NCBI RefSeq assembly: GCF_000195755.1
Contig: NC_002937.3
Location: 810,001 to 842,000, forward strand
Source of the DNA: Nitratidesulfovibrio vulgaris str. Hildenborough
GTDB lineage: Bacteria; Desulfobacterota; Desulfovibrionia; Desulfovibrionales; Desulfovibrionaceae
Direction of reading: 5' to 3'
DNA: 32,000 bases
Of this stretch, positions 17,914-26,385 are shown in pieces. The first letter of the stretch is position 1, and every line of letters begins with the position of its first letter. The notes under the pieces are model-generated. The model had not been told where the DNA came from. It ran no database searches and was given only the letters and a program-made list of their open reading frames with translations. The position numbers and the translations under genes are program-made.

Positions 17914-19089
17914 ATGCCGCTCATCCCTGCCGTCCCCGGTCTCGCCGACAGGCGCATGTATGTCTTCCTCCTGCTACTGACCCTCGGGTCGGGCATGAGC
18001 TTTCAGGGGTGGAACACCCTCTACACCAACTTCGCGGTGCATGGGGCTGGACTCAGCGGTGCCGAGAACGGCCTTGTCCAGTCCATCCGTGAAGTGCCGG
18101 GACTGCTCACCTTCGGCGTCATCCCCCTTCTGCTGCTCCTTCGCGAACATCGTCTCGCCGCGCTCGCCGTTCTGGTGACGGGGGTCGGGGTCATGACCGC
18201 AGGGCTTCTGCCCACGCTATGGGGCGTTGTGGCCACAACGCTGGTCATGTCGTTCGGCTTCCACTATTTCGAGGCGGTGAACCAGTCGCTGATCCTCCAG
18301 TATTTCGACGTGCGCACCGCCCCACTGGTCATGGGGCGTCTGCGGGGGCTTGCCGCCGGGGGCAACCTCGTCATGGGGGCGCTCGTCTACGTGCTTGCAG
18401 ACCTGTTCGCCTTCTCCACCCTGTTCTGCATCATGGGTGCGTTCGCCACCGTCGCCGGGGCGTGGGCCCTGACGCGAGACCCGAGCGACCCGGCAAGACC
18501 TGCGCAGCGGAGGAGCATGGTGTTGCGCCGCCGGTACTGGCTCTTCTATCTGCTGACCATCCTCGCCGGGGCGCGACGGCAGATATTCACGGTGTTCTCC
18601 GTCTTTCTGCTGGTGGAGCATTTCGGGTACGGCGTGCGTGAAGTGGCCTTGCTGTTCATCGTCAACAATGCCGTCAACTGGTTCCTCAACCCGCTCATCG
18701 GACGGGCGGTGAACCGGTTCGGCGAGCAGCATCTTCTCACGGTCGAGTATTCCGTACTGGTACTCGTCTTCCTTGGCTACACGGTCACCGACAGTCCGCT
18801 TGTCGCCGCCTTCCTGTATGTGGTCGACCACATCTTCTTCAACTTCGCCATCGCCATCCGCACCTTCTTCCAGAAGATTGCCGACCCCGCCGACATCGCG
18901 CCAAGCATGGCCATGAGCGTGGCCATCAACCACATCGCGGCCGTGGTCATGCCCGTATGCGGCGGTATGCTCTGGATGCTGGACTATCGCATTCCGTTCT
19001 ACGTCGGGGCGGGGCTGGCCGTCGCCTCGCTTCTCGCGACGCAACGCATCGGTGCGGAGTTACGGCTTCAGGGCGTGAAGCCTTGCTAA
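17914..19089 (+). CDS. MFS-type transporter
   Basis: 391 aa. About a dozen hydrophobic segments fall in two halves separated by a basic loop (RDPSDPARPAQRRSMVLRRR). GGAG lies 8 nt upstream of the ATG. Confidence 0.75.
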   Translation: MPLIPAVPGLADRRMYVFLLLLTLGSGMSFQGWNTLYTNFAVHGAGLSGAENGLVQSIREVPGLLTFGVIPLLLLLREHRLAALAVLVTGVGVMTAGLLPTLWGVVATTLVMSFGFHYFEAVNQSLILQYFDVRTAPLVMGRLRGLAAGGNLVMGALVYVLADLFAFSTLFCIMGAFATVAGAWALTRDPSDPARPAQRRSMVLRRRYWLFYLLTILAGARRQIFTVFSVFLLVEHFGYGVREVALLFIVNNAVNWFLNPLIGRAVNRFGEQHLLTVEYSVLVLVFLGYTVTDSPLVAAFLYVVDHIFFNFAIAIRTFFQKIADPADIAPSMAMSVAINHIAAVVMPVCGGMLWMLDYRIPFYVGAGLAVASLLATQRIGAELRLQGVKPC

Positions 19090-19145
19090 AGAGGAACGCA
19101 GGGGCTAATTTCCGACGATACGCACGCAACTGCATGGAGGTCGTC

Positions 19146-19622
19146 ATGTCCAAGCTCCGCATCGTTCTGGTCACCGCCTTCACCCTGTCGCTTCTTGCCT
19201 TCGCCACCCTGTCTTCCGCCACCGAGGCGGGGCAGACCAAGCCCCTGCCCGACCGTCCTGCCAAGGAATCCGAACGCGCCACGCAGATCGCCGTGGAGTA
19301 CGAGGGCACGGACAGCATCGGCGCGCGCCTTGCCATGCGCCTCAAGGAACGGCTGAACAGCAGTTCGCTGTTCCGCCTCACCGAGAAGGATGCCCCCAAG
19401 ATGCGGATACTGCTCTCCACGGTGCCGGAGTTCCCTTCGCGCCCGGGGGTAGGTTCAGCGTATGCCGTGGTGTGGGCGTTCTCGCAGAGCGAGGGCACCC
19501 TCCGCCACTACCTTGCCCGTGAAGTGGGCGTGGTCACCGCCGAGGACGTGGACGGTCTCGCCGACAGGATTGTCGAGAGAACCGACGGTCTTTCGGTCAA
19601 GTACGGCTATCTTTTCCAGTAG
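19146..19622 (+). CDS. small secreted protein of unknown function (158 aa)
   Basis: ORF 18957..19622 trimmed to ATG 19146, which is preceded by GGAGG (19136-19140). Signal peptide MSKLRIVLVTAFTLSLLAFATLSSA/TEAG. Confidence 0.6.
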   Translation: MSKLRIVLVTAFTLSLLAFATLSSATEAGQTKPLPDRPAKESERATQIAVEYEGTDSIGARLAMRLKERLNSSSLFRLTEKDAPKMRILLSTVPEFPSRPGVGSAYAVVWAFSQSEGTLRHYLAREVGVVTAEDVDGLADRIVERTDGLSVKYGYLFQ

Positions 19623-19629
19623 GCGCGTC

Positions 19630-20466
19630 ATGGAACGACACCTTCTCCTCACCATGGGCGGCGATGGCGGACGAGCGTGGAACCTCAACTTCGCGGGGGG
19701 CTTCTTCCGTAACAAGACGGAGATGCGTCTGACGCTCTTCTACGTGGTCCAGGAGGCCTACTGCGACAGGCCGGGGGGATGCGAACTCTCCGAGAACGAT
19801 ATGCGCACGGCGCGTGTGCAACTCGACAAGGCCCGTGAGCACGCCATCAAGCTGGGCTTCGTGCCGGACAATGTCGAATGCAAGGCCGTGCCGAGGCAGT
19901 TTGGCGTGGTGCGTGACATCGTGGCGGAAGGCCACAGGGGACTCTACGATGCCGTGGTCTCGGGCAGGCGTTACCGGGGCTTTCTCGAGCAGCTTTACGG
20001 CAGCAGCGTGTCACGCGGTCTTCTGTGGGAGGACATCGCCTTTCCCCTGTGGATATGCCATGAACCCGACCCGGGTCTTTCCAACGTGCTGCTGTGCGTC
20101 GACGGTTCGGACGAGAACCTCCGCATGGCCGACCACGTGGGCTTCATGCTGGCGGAGGAGACGCATTCGGTGACCTTGTGCCACTTCCGCGACCCCGCCA
20201 TCGACGGGTTCCTCGCCATCGAGGGGGCGCGGGCTGCGCTGGTGGCCAACGGTGTGGATGCCTCGCGCGTCGAGGTGCTTTCGCTCGAAGCCCACGACAG
20301 GGCAGCATCCATCCTGCGTATCGCCGACGAGGGCGGGTATGCCGTTGTCGCGGTGGGCAGGCGCCACGGTCTGCCCGACAACCTCATGCGCCGTATGTTC
20401 GGGGGTACGGTCTCGGAGCGTCTCCATACCAAGGTCGACCGCTTTTCGCTCTGGGTGAGCAAATGA
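19630..20466 (+). CDS. tandem universal-stress-protein (USP) domain protein
   Basis: ORF 19462..20466 trimmed to ATG 19630, 7 nt after the previous stop. Two USP-like halves. The second one (VLLCVDGSDENLRMADHVGF ... ADEGGYAVVAVGRRHG ... FGGTVSERL) is clearer than the first. Confidence 0.65.
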   Translation: MERHLLLTMGGDGGRAWNLNFAGGFFRNKTEMRLTLFYVVQEAYCDRPGGCELSENDMRTARVQLDKAREHAIKLGFVPDNVECKAVPRQFGVVRDIVAEGHRGLYDAVVSGRRYRGFLEQLYGSSVSRGLLWEDIAFPLWICHEPDPGLSNVLLCVDGSDENLRMADHVGFMLAEETHSVTLCHFRDPAIDGFLAIEGARAALVANGVDASRVEVLSLEAHDRAASILRIADEGGYAVVAVGRRHGLPDNLMRRMFGGTVSERLHTKVDRFSLWVSK

Positions 20467-20470
20467 TGTC

Positions 20471-22468
20471 ATGATGGCGGGGCGTTCATCGCACGATACG
20501 GGCGAGGAACTGGAACGCCTGCGCGAAGAGGTCCGTCTTCTGCGCGAGGCGTTGCGGCTTGCCTCTTCAACCTTGCCGACCGGTCCGGACGTGGCGGGGT
20601 GCATGAGCGATATCGTCCACGCGTTGCCGGTGCTCGCCTTCTGTTGCGACACTGACGGCAGGGTGGTGACAGCCAACAGCCGCTTTGCCGCCATGTGCCA
20701 GTGCTCTCCCGTTTCCCGCACACTGCGTGACGTGCTGCCGACCGCCACAGTGGACGAGCTTCTGTGTCTCGTTGAGCGTGCATGGCAGGCACAGGACGTG
20801 CGTAGTGGTGTCGTTCCCATGCCGCCGGGGCTCTTCCAGTGTGTCGTGCAGCCCCGTCTGGATGCCGCAGGCAGGCTGAGCCGCGTTCTGTGCGTGGGGC
20901 ACGATGTGTCCGGGCTGCTACGTGGCAACCATGAACTCGTGCATGCGCTGGTCGGGGCTTCGCCTGTCACCACGCTCCTTCTCGATAGGGAGTGCACGGT
21001 GCTGCTCGGCAATGCCTCCGCTGCAGCCCTCATGCTCTGGCCCCCCGAAGGGCAGGGAGACGGCGACTGCTTCAGGTTCCTGCCCGAAGATATAGCCACG
21101 CGGCGCAGGGAGGAGGTCCTCCGTTGCTTTGAAACAGGCTGCGCCGTGGAATTCGAGGATACGCAGGACGGCAGGACCTATCACCATTTCGTGCGCCCCA
21201 TTCCCGCCAGAGACCATGGCGCGACAGTGGTGGGCGAGGTGGCGGTCTATTCCCTGGATGTCACCCTGCCACGGCGGGCGGAGGCCGACCTGCGCGCCGC
21301 GGCCAGACTGCATGCCGCGCTTGCAGAAGCCAGTTCACGGCAGTTCGACAGGCAGTCGGCATTGCTGGACAGGGTGTTTGACGAGGTTCCCGCAGGCATC
21401 TGCCTGATGGATATCACCGGGCGTGTTCTGCACCTGAACCGGGCCATGGCGGATGTGGTGGGAGCCTCGGAGACCGAACTCGTGGGGACGGACTGCTTCG
21501 CCATGTTGCATCCTGCCGACCGTGCCGCCGCCCGTGCGCTTTTCATGCACGACCTTGAAAATGCGGGCAGCCCGGAGGGCTTTCACGAACTCAAGGAGTA
21601 TCGTTTCTTGCGCAAGGACGGCACGGCGCGCGAATGTCAGGTCGCCTCTGCCATGCTGCGAGACGGAGACGGACCCATCCTCGGCATGGCGGTGGTGACG
21701 GACGTGACCGAGATGCGCCGCATCAAGGCCGAGGCCGCGCGGATGGGCCAGTTGGCCACCATCGGGGAACTTGCCGCGGGGGTGGCTCACGAGATCAATT
21801 CTCCTGCCAATGCCATCATCAACTGCGCCGACCTTCTCATGGAGGATGCCTTCGACAGTGCCATGGTACGTGATATGGCGAGGCGCATCCGGAGTGAAGG
21901 GCAGCGGGTGGCGGCCATCACCCACAACCTGCTGGCCTTCGCCCGCGAACGCAAGCCACCGCCCCCTCCAGCCCTCGTGGACGTGAAGGTCGTCCTGCGC
22001 GACACGCTCGAACTCACGGCGGCCCAGATGCGGGCGGAGGGCATCCTCCTCGAGGTCTCCTGTTCCAGCGGCGCGTTGCATGTGCTGGGCCGCACACGCG
22101 AACTCCAGCAGGTGTTCCTCAATATCGTCAGCAACGCACGGCATGCACTCAACGCCATTCCGGGCAGTGCTGCGCGATGCCTGTCGATCAACGCGGAACC
22201 GCGGGCTGCGGGTAGTTGCGTGTCCGGCCCCGTCGTCAGCGTTTCTTTCCGCGATACGGGCGGCGGCATCGACCCGAGCATCCGCGACAGGGTCATGGAG
22301 CCCTTTTTCACCACCAAGGGAGAGGGCCGGGGGACAGGGCTCGGACTCTCCATAAGCAACGCCATCATCGAGGATCACGGCGGTGTGCTCTGTATCGAGA
22401 GTGACGGAGAGACCGGCACCTGCGTGACCGTGGAACTGCCACAGATGGTCGAAGACGGAGACGCCTGA
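20471..22468 (+). CDS. cytoplasmic multi-PAS sensor histidine kinase
   Basis: 665 aa with no TM segment. N-terminal coiled coil, about three PAS-like modules, H-box GVAHEINSPANAI, N box NIVSNARHAL, G boxes DTGGGI and GTGLGLS. It starts 4 nt after the USP stop. Confidence 0.9.
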   Translation: MMAGRSSHDTGEELERLREEVRLLREALRLASSTLPTGPDVAGCMSDIVHALPVLAFCCDTDGRVVTANSRFAAMCQCSPVSRTLRDVLPTATVDELLCLVERAWQAQDVRSGVVPMPPGLFQCVVQPRLDAAGRLSRVLCVGHDVSGLLRGNHELVHALVGASPVTTLLLDRECTVLLGNASAAALMLWPPEGQGDGDCFRFLPEDIATRRREEVLRCFETGCAVEFEDTQDGRTYHHFVRPIPARDHGATVVGEVAVYSLDVTLPRRAEADLRAAARLHAALAEASSRQFDRQSALLDRVFDEVPAGICLMDITGRVLHLNRAMADVVGASETELVGTDCFAMLHPADRAAARALFMHDLENAGSPEGFHELKEYRFLRKDGTARECQVASAMLRDGDGPILGMAVVTDVTEMRRIKAEAARMGQLATIGELAAGVAHEINSPANAIINCADLLMEDAFDSAMVRDMARRIRSEGQRVAAITHNLLAFARERKPPPPPALVDVKVVLRDTLELTAAQMRAEGILLEVSCSSGALHVLGRTRELQQVFLNIVSNARHALNAIPGSAARCLSINAEPRAAGSCVSGPVVSVSFRDTGGGIDPSIRDRVMEPFFTTKGEGRGTGLGLSISNAIIEDHGGVLCIESDGETGTCVTVELPQMVEDGDA

Positions 22469-24177
22469 TGGCGCATATTCTTCTTGTCGAGGATGACGAG
22501 AACCTTCGTTTCACGTTCGAGGCCTTCCTGCGTCGGGCGGGCTATACCGTGGACCCGGTGCCTTCTGTGCCTGCGGCCCTTGAAGCGGCCTTGCGCCAGC
22601 CGCCCGATGTCGTCGTGGCGGACATCCTGCTCGGTGGGGAGGAGGGCCTTGTGCTGCCCGGTTCGCTACGCAGCCGCGGCCTTGAAGCCCCCGTACTGCT
22701 GGTGACGGGCAATCCGAGCCTTGATACGGCAAGCCGGGCGGTATCGACCGGTGCCTTCGAGTATCTCATCAAGCCCGTGGAACGGGATGCACTGCTCGCT
22801 GCCGTGGCACGGGCGCACGCCCACAAGTCGCTACAGGATGAACGGGCCGCACTCCACGACGAATTGCAGCGGCTGCGGGCGCATCTCGAGGCCATTTTCC
22901 GTAGCGTGCCCGACGTGCTGGTCTCGGTGGGGCGTGACGGTCGTGTCGTGCGCATCAACGACGCCGGGCTTGGTGTGCTGCGCCTTTCCGGCGAGGAGGT
23001 CGAGGGCAGGCACTGGCAGGAGGTGTTCGGCGAATGGGAGTCGCAGCTTGGTGACGTTCTGCGCCATGCCCTCGAATCGCGCCAGCGTGTTCCGCGTCGC
23101 AGGGTGAACATCACCGTCGACGAGGGGGCTTCACAGGTTTTCGAAGTGAGTGCCTCGCCCCTGCGCGGAGAGACGGGCGACTACCTCGGTGCGGTGCTCG
23201 TTCTTCGTGACATCTCACGGCTGGCGGCGTGCTGCCCCCCCGGTGGTGCGCCGGGCGAATGGGGCCTTGTCGGGCTCTCTCCCGCCATGCAGCGTATCTA
23301 CCATCTCCTTGAAGACCTCGCGCCGACCGATACCACGGTACTCGTGACCGGGGAAAGCGGAACGGGCAAGGAACTGGTGGCGGAGGCCCTTCATAACGCG
23401 GGGCCGCGTGCCACGGGCCCTCTCATCAAGGTCAATTGCGCGGCCCTGCCTGAGACGCTCCTGGAAAGCGAATTGTTCGGTCATGTGCGCGGGGCGTTCA
23501 CCGGTGCCTTGCGTGACCGGGTGGGACGCTTCCAGCTGGCGCACGGCGGCACCATATTCCTCGACGAGATAGGCGACCTGTCGCCGCAGGTGCAGTTGCG
23601 GCTGCTACGCGTCCTTCAGGAACGCGAGTTCGAACGGGTGGGCGACACCCGCACCACGCGTGTGGATGTGCGGGTCATCGCCGCGACCCATCGCAATCTG
23701 CGCGAACGCGTAGCAAGCGGGCTGTTCCGCGAAGACCTCTACTACCGGCTGCGGGTTGTCGAACTGCATATGCCCCCTTTGCGTGAGCGGCATGAAGACC
23801 TTGCGCTGCTCGCCGAACACTTCGTCGGGGTGTTCAACCAGCAGTTCTCACGCTGTGTCATGGGGTTCACAGAAGCGGCAAGCCGCGCTCTCATGACCCA
23901 CAGCTGGCCCGGCAACGTGCGGGAATTGCGCCATGCCGTCGAGCACGGCTTCATCCTGTGCAAGGGCGAGCGCATCGACCTTGCCGACTTGCCTCCCGAC
24001 GTGCAGGGGACGGAAGCTAGCGTGTTCCCCCGGGCCGAGCGTTCAGGGGTGCATGAAGCGGCCGTGCGGGAGGCCCTGAAGAAGGCCGGGGGCAACAAGG
24101 CACGGGCTGCAAGGTTGCTCGGGGTGGCCCGACAGACGCTGTACCGCAAGCTGGCCGAGTATGGCATTCGCGACTGA
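22468..24177 (+). CDS. sigma54-dependent response regulator (REC - PAS - AAA+ - Fis-type HTH)
   Basis: The ATG overlaps the kinase stop (TGATG). The receiver is intact (LLVEDDE, VVVADILL, LLVTG, YLIKP). A PAS-like module follows. AAA+ features: GESGTGKE, the GAFTGA loop and FLDEIGDL. C-terminal HTH: ARAARLLGVARQTLYRKL. Confidence 0.93.
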   Translation: MAHILLVEDDENLRFTFEAFLRRAGYTVDPVPSVPAALEAALRQPPDVVVADILLGGEEGLVLPGSLRSRGLEAPVLLVTGNPSLDTASRAVSTGAFEYLIKPVERDALLAAVARAHAHKSLQDERAALHDELQRLRAHLEAIFRSVPDVLVSVGRDGRVVRINDAGLGVLRLSGEEVEGRHWQEVFGEWESQLGDVLRHALESRQRVPRRRVNITVDEGASQVFEVSASPLRGETGDYLGAVLVLRDISRLAACCPPGGAPGEWGLVGLSPAMQRIYHLLEDLAPTDTTVLVTGESGTGKELVAEALHNAGPRATGPLIKVNCAALPETLLESELFGHVRGAFTGALRDRVGRFQLAHGGTIFLDEIGDLSPQVQLRLLRVLQEREFERVGDTRTTRVDVRVIAATHRNLRERVASGLFREDLYYRLRVVELHMPPLRERHEDLALLAEHFVGVFNQQFSRCVMGFTEAASRALMTHSWPGNVRELRHAVEHGFILCKGERIDLADLPPDVQGTEASVFPRAERSGVHEAAVREALKKAGGNKARAARLLGVARQTLYRKLAEYGIRD

Positions 24178-24287
24178 CCTCGAGTGCTGGCGTTTGTGAA
24201 CTGTCACTTCTGGTCGTTATCGGTCGTTCGTAGGCTGTGGAGTGCGCATCGTGCATCATGGTGGCCGGGGCTTCGGTGTGCTGGATC

Positions 24288-24300
24288 GGCACATAGTGCC
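24288..24300. promoter_or_regulatory. palindrome GGCAC-ATA-GTGCC upstream of tupA
   Basis: Perfect 5-3-5 inverted repeat, 110 nt upstream of ATG 24410. Its function is unknown. Confidence 0.2.
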
Positions 24301-24409
24301 AGATTACGGTCAATAGCGGGTTTGCAGCGGTATTCCTTTGATGGTACATGGCGTTAATGGTAGAGGAACAACCATAACGGATGCCAAAGACCAAAGAAGG
24401 AGTGACTCC

Positions 24410-25228
24410 ATGCGCCGACTGCTCTTCCTCACTTGCCTGCTTGCGGCAGTGATTTCCTCCTCCGCCTTTGCGGCGGACAAGGTACTCATGATGGCCACCA
24501 CCACAAGCACCGCCGATACGGGGTTGCTCGACTACCTCGCACCGTTGTTCCAGAAGGATACCGGCATCGAGGTCAAGTGGACGGCTGTTGGCACGGGCAA
24601 GGCCCTTGAAATGGGCAAGAATTGCGACGTTGACGTACTGCTTGTCCATTCGCCTTCTGCCGAGGCCAAATTCATCGAAGCCGGTTCCGGTATTGAACGC
24701 ACCCAGCTGATGTATAACGATTTCGTGCTGGTCGGTCCCGTGGCCGACGCAGCCAAGGCCGCAGGCAAGAGCGTCGATGCCGCCCTCAAGGGTATCGCCG
24801 CCGCCAAGTCGCCCTTCCTCAGCCGTGGCGACAAGTCCGGGACGCACAACCTTGAGGTGAAGCTGTGGGAAAAGTCGGGCATGGCCCCTGACAAGGAGTC
24901 GTGGTACGTCTCCACCGGTCAGGGGATGCTGCGCACCATCGCCATGGCTGCCGAGATGGGCGGCTACACGGTCACCGACCGTGGGACATGGATCAAGTAC
25001 GAATCCACTCTCAATGGGGCACCCGTCCTGAAGATCATCGTCGAAGGCGACAAGAGTCTGCTCAACCAGTACAGCGGTATCGTGGTCAATCCGGCCCAGT
25101 GCCCCAAGGTCAAGGCCGACCTTGCCCGCGAATACATCAAGTGGATGGCTTCTCCCGCCGGGCAGAAGTACATCGGGGACTTCCTCGTTTCGGGCAAGCC
25201 CCTGTTCACCCCTAACGCCGGCAAGTAG
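24410..25228 (+). CDS. tupA: tungstate ABC transporter periplasmic binding protein
   Basis: ORF 24338..25228 (TTG) trimmed to ATG 24410, preceded by AAGGAG (24397-24402). Signal peptide MRRLLFLTCLLAAVISSSAFA/AD. The mature N-terminus KVLMMATTTSTADTGLLDYL carries the TTTS motif I associate with TupA. Followed by a permease and an ATPase. Confidence 0.8.
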   Translation: MRRLLFLTCLLAAVISSSAFAADKVLMMATTTSTADTGLLDYLAPLFQKDTGIEVKWTAVGTGKALEMGKNCDVDVLLVHSPSAEAKFIEAGSGIERTQLMYNDFVLVGPVADAAKAAGKSVDAALKGIAAAKSPFLSRGDKSGTHNLEVKLWEKSGMAPDKESWYVSTGQGMLRTIAMAAEMGGYTVTDRGTWIKYESTLNGAPVLKIIVEGDKSLLNQYSGIVVNPAQCPKVKADLAREYIKWMASPAGQKYIGDFLVSGKPLFTPNAGK

Positions 25229-25261
25229 CCGCTGTAGGAGTGGACGCCGGATAGTACCGGG

Positions 25262-25292
25262 GGCGGGGTTGCTTGCAGCCCCGCCTTTCATT
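25262..25292 (+). terminator. intrinsic terminator/attenuator immediately after tupA
   Basis: GGCGGGG (25262-25268), 10-nt loop, CCCCGCC (25279-25285), then TTTCATT. Confidence 0.6.
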
Positions 25293-25620
25293 CAGGAGCG
25301 TCATCCGGGTAAGGCCGGCATCCTCCGTCTTCCGTCGTCAGGCTTCTGATTCGCTTGACCTTTGCCTCATGCGGCGACACGATGTCGGGCAACCCGCGAA
25401 TCACGGCTGCCCGTGCGGCGCAGCACACAAGATGGGCCTTCGTAATCGGCCTGCCGGGCCGACGGGCTCAACTGGCAAGCCAGCCCTGCTAGACCTGCCG
25501 GGTGGGCGGGGGGGCCGAGTCAGCCGGAAGAGTGGCGGGATTGGCCGTTATGGTCGGTCTTTACCATATGCAGCGTGACGAAGCGCCTCGTAAGGGTGCG
25601 CATAGACCGTTCTGACGGAG

Positions 25621-25652
25621 GCGCGGACTGCCGGATACGTGGCAGGACGCGC
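25621..25652 (+). other. symmetric hairpin in the tupB leader
   Basis: GCGCG-GA-CTGCC (25621-25632), loop GGATACGT, GGCAG-GA-CGCGC (25641-25652): two 5-bp helices separated by tandem G-A/A-G mismatches. It ends 38 nt upstream of ATG 25690. Confidence 0.35.
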
Positions 25653-25689
25653 AGACGGGCGGGGTCCGTCGCCGCGCCGTGAAGGACAC

Positions 25690-26385
25690 ATGGACTATAT
25701 CCTCGATGGCTTCGCCGTGGCCTTGCGTCTCCTGCTGGCAGGGGACCCGGAGACGTTCTCCGCCGTATGGGCCACACTCTCCTCTTCGGCACTCGCCATG
25801 GTCGTGGCGTTGTGCGTGGGTATGCCCTGCGGTTTCGCGCTCGGGTTCTTTTCGTTTCCGGGCAGGCGCGTTGCGCGGCTGGTCGTGGACACCATGCTGT
25901 GCTTTCCCACCGTGGTCATCGGCCTTCTCGTGTATCTTCTGCTTTCCCGCCGCGGGCCGCTGGCCGACCTCGAAATGCTCTTCACCATTCCGGGCATGGC
26001 TGTAGGCCTTGCCCTTCTGGGACTCCCCATCGTCATGGCGCTGACGGCCCTTGCCGTGGAACAGGCCGATGGCAGGTTGCGCCAGACGCTGCTGACACTG
26101 GGGGCCGACGGATGGCAGGTGCTCACAGCCACATTGTGGGAGGTGCGCTTCCACCTTCTGGGCGCGGGCGTCACCGCCTTCGGGCGCATCGTCTCGGAGG
26201 TGGGCATATCCATGATGGTGGGCGGCAACATCAAGTGGCATACCCGCACCATCACCACCGCCATCGCGCTGGAGACGGGCAAGGGAGAGTTCGCCGTCGG
26301 CATCGCGCTGGGGCTGGTGCTTCTCGGCATCGCCTTCGCCATCAATCTGATGCTGGCATTCCTGCGGCGGAGGGCGCGCGCATGA
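25690..26385 (+). CDS. tupB: tungstate ABC transporter permease
   Basis: ORF 25639..26385 (GTG) trimmed to ATG 25690 (MDYILDGFAVALRLLLAGD). 231 aa, multi-pass membrane protein of the binding-protein-dependent transport family. Its stop overlaps the next start (ATGA). Confidence 0.8.
   Translation: MDYILDGFAVALRLLLAGDPETFSAVWATLSSSALAMVVALCVGMPCGFALGFFSFPGRRVARLVVDTMLCFPTVVIGLLVYLLLSRRGPLADLEMLFTIPGMAVGLALLGLPIVMALTALAVEQADGRLRQTLLTLGADGWQVLTATLWEVRFHLLGAGVTAFGRIVSEVGISMMVGGNIKWHTRTITTAIALETGKGEFAVGIALGLVLLGIAFAINLMLAFLRRRARA

Noticed and set aside
20011-22378. 362-aa and 347-aa minus ORFs (20011..21099, 21335..22378) antisense to the USP and PAS-kinase genes
   Set aside because: They are shadow frames opposite genes with clear H-box and ATPase motifs.
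24017-25291. 424-aa minus ORF antisense to the regulator's 3' end and all of tupA
   Set aside because: tupA on the plus strand has an RBS, a signal peptide and the TTTS motif. The antisense translation is featureless.
25273-25578. 101-aa plus ORF (TTG start) in the tupA-tupB gap
   Set aside because: It starts inside the tupA terminator hairpin, its translation is Gly/Arg/Pro-rich, and it has no RBS. A roughly 46-codon minus-strand frame in the same gap is equally unconvincing.
25767-26381. N-terminal 205 codons of the 417-aa ORF 25767..27020
   Set aside because: This part overlaps tupB out of frame and is Arg/Gly/His-rich. Only the segment from ATG 26382 (Walker A onwards) is a credible ABC ATPase, and it is coupled to the tupB stop by ATGA.
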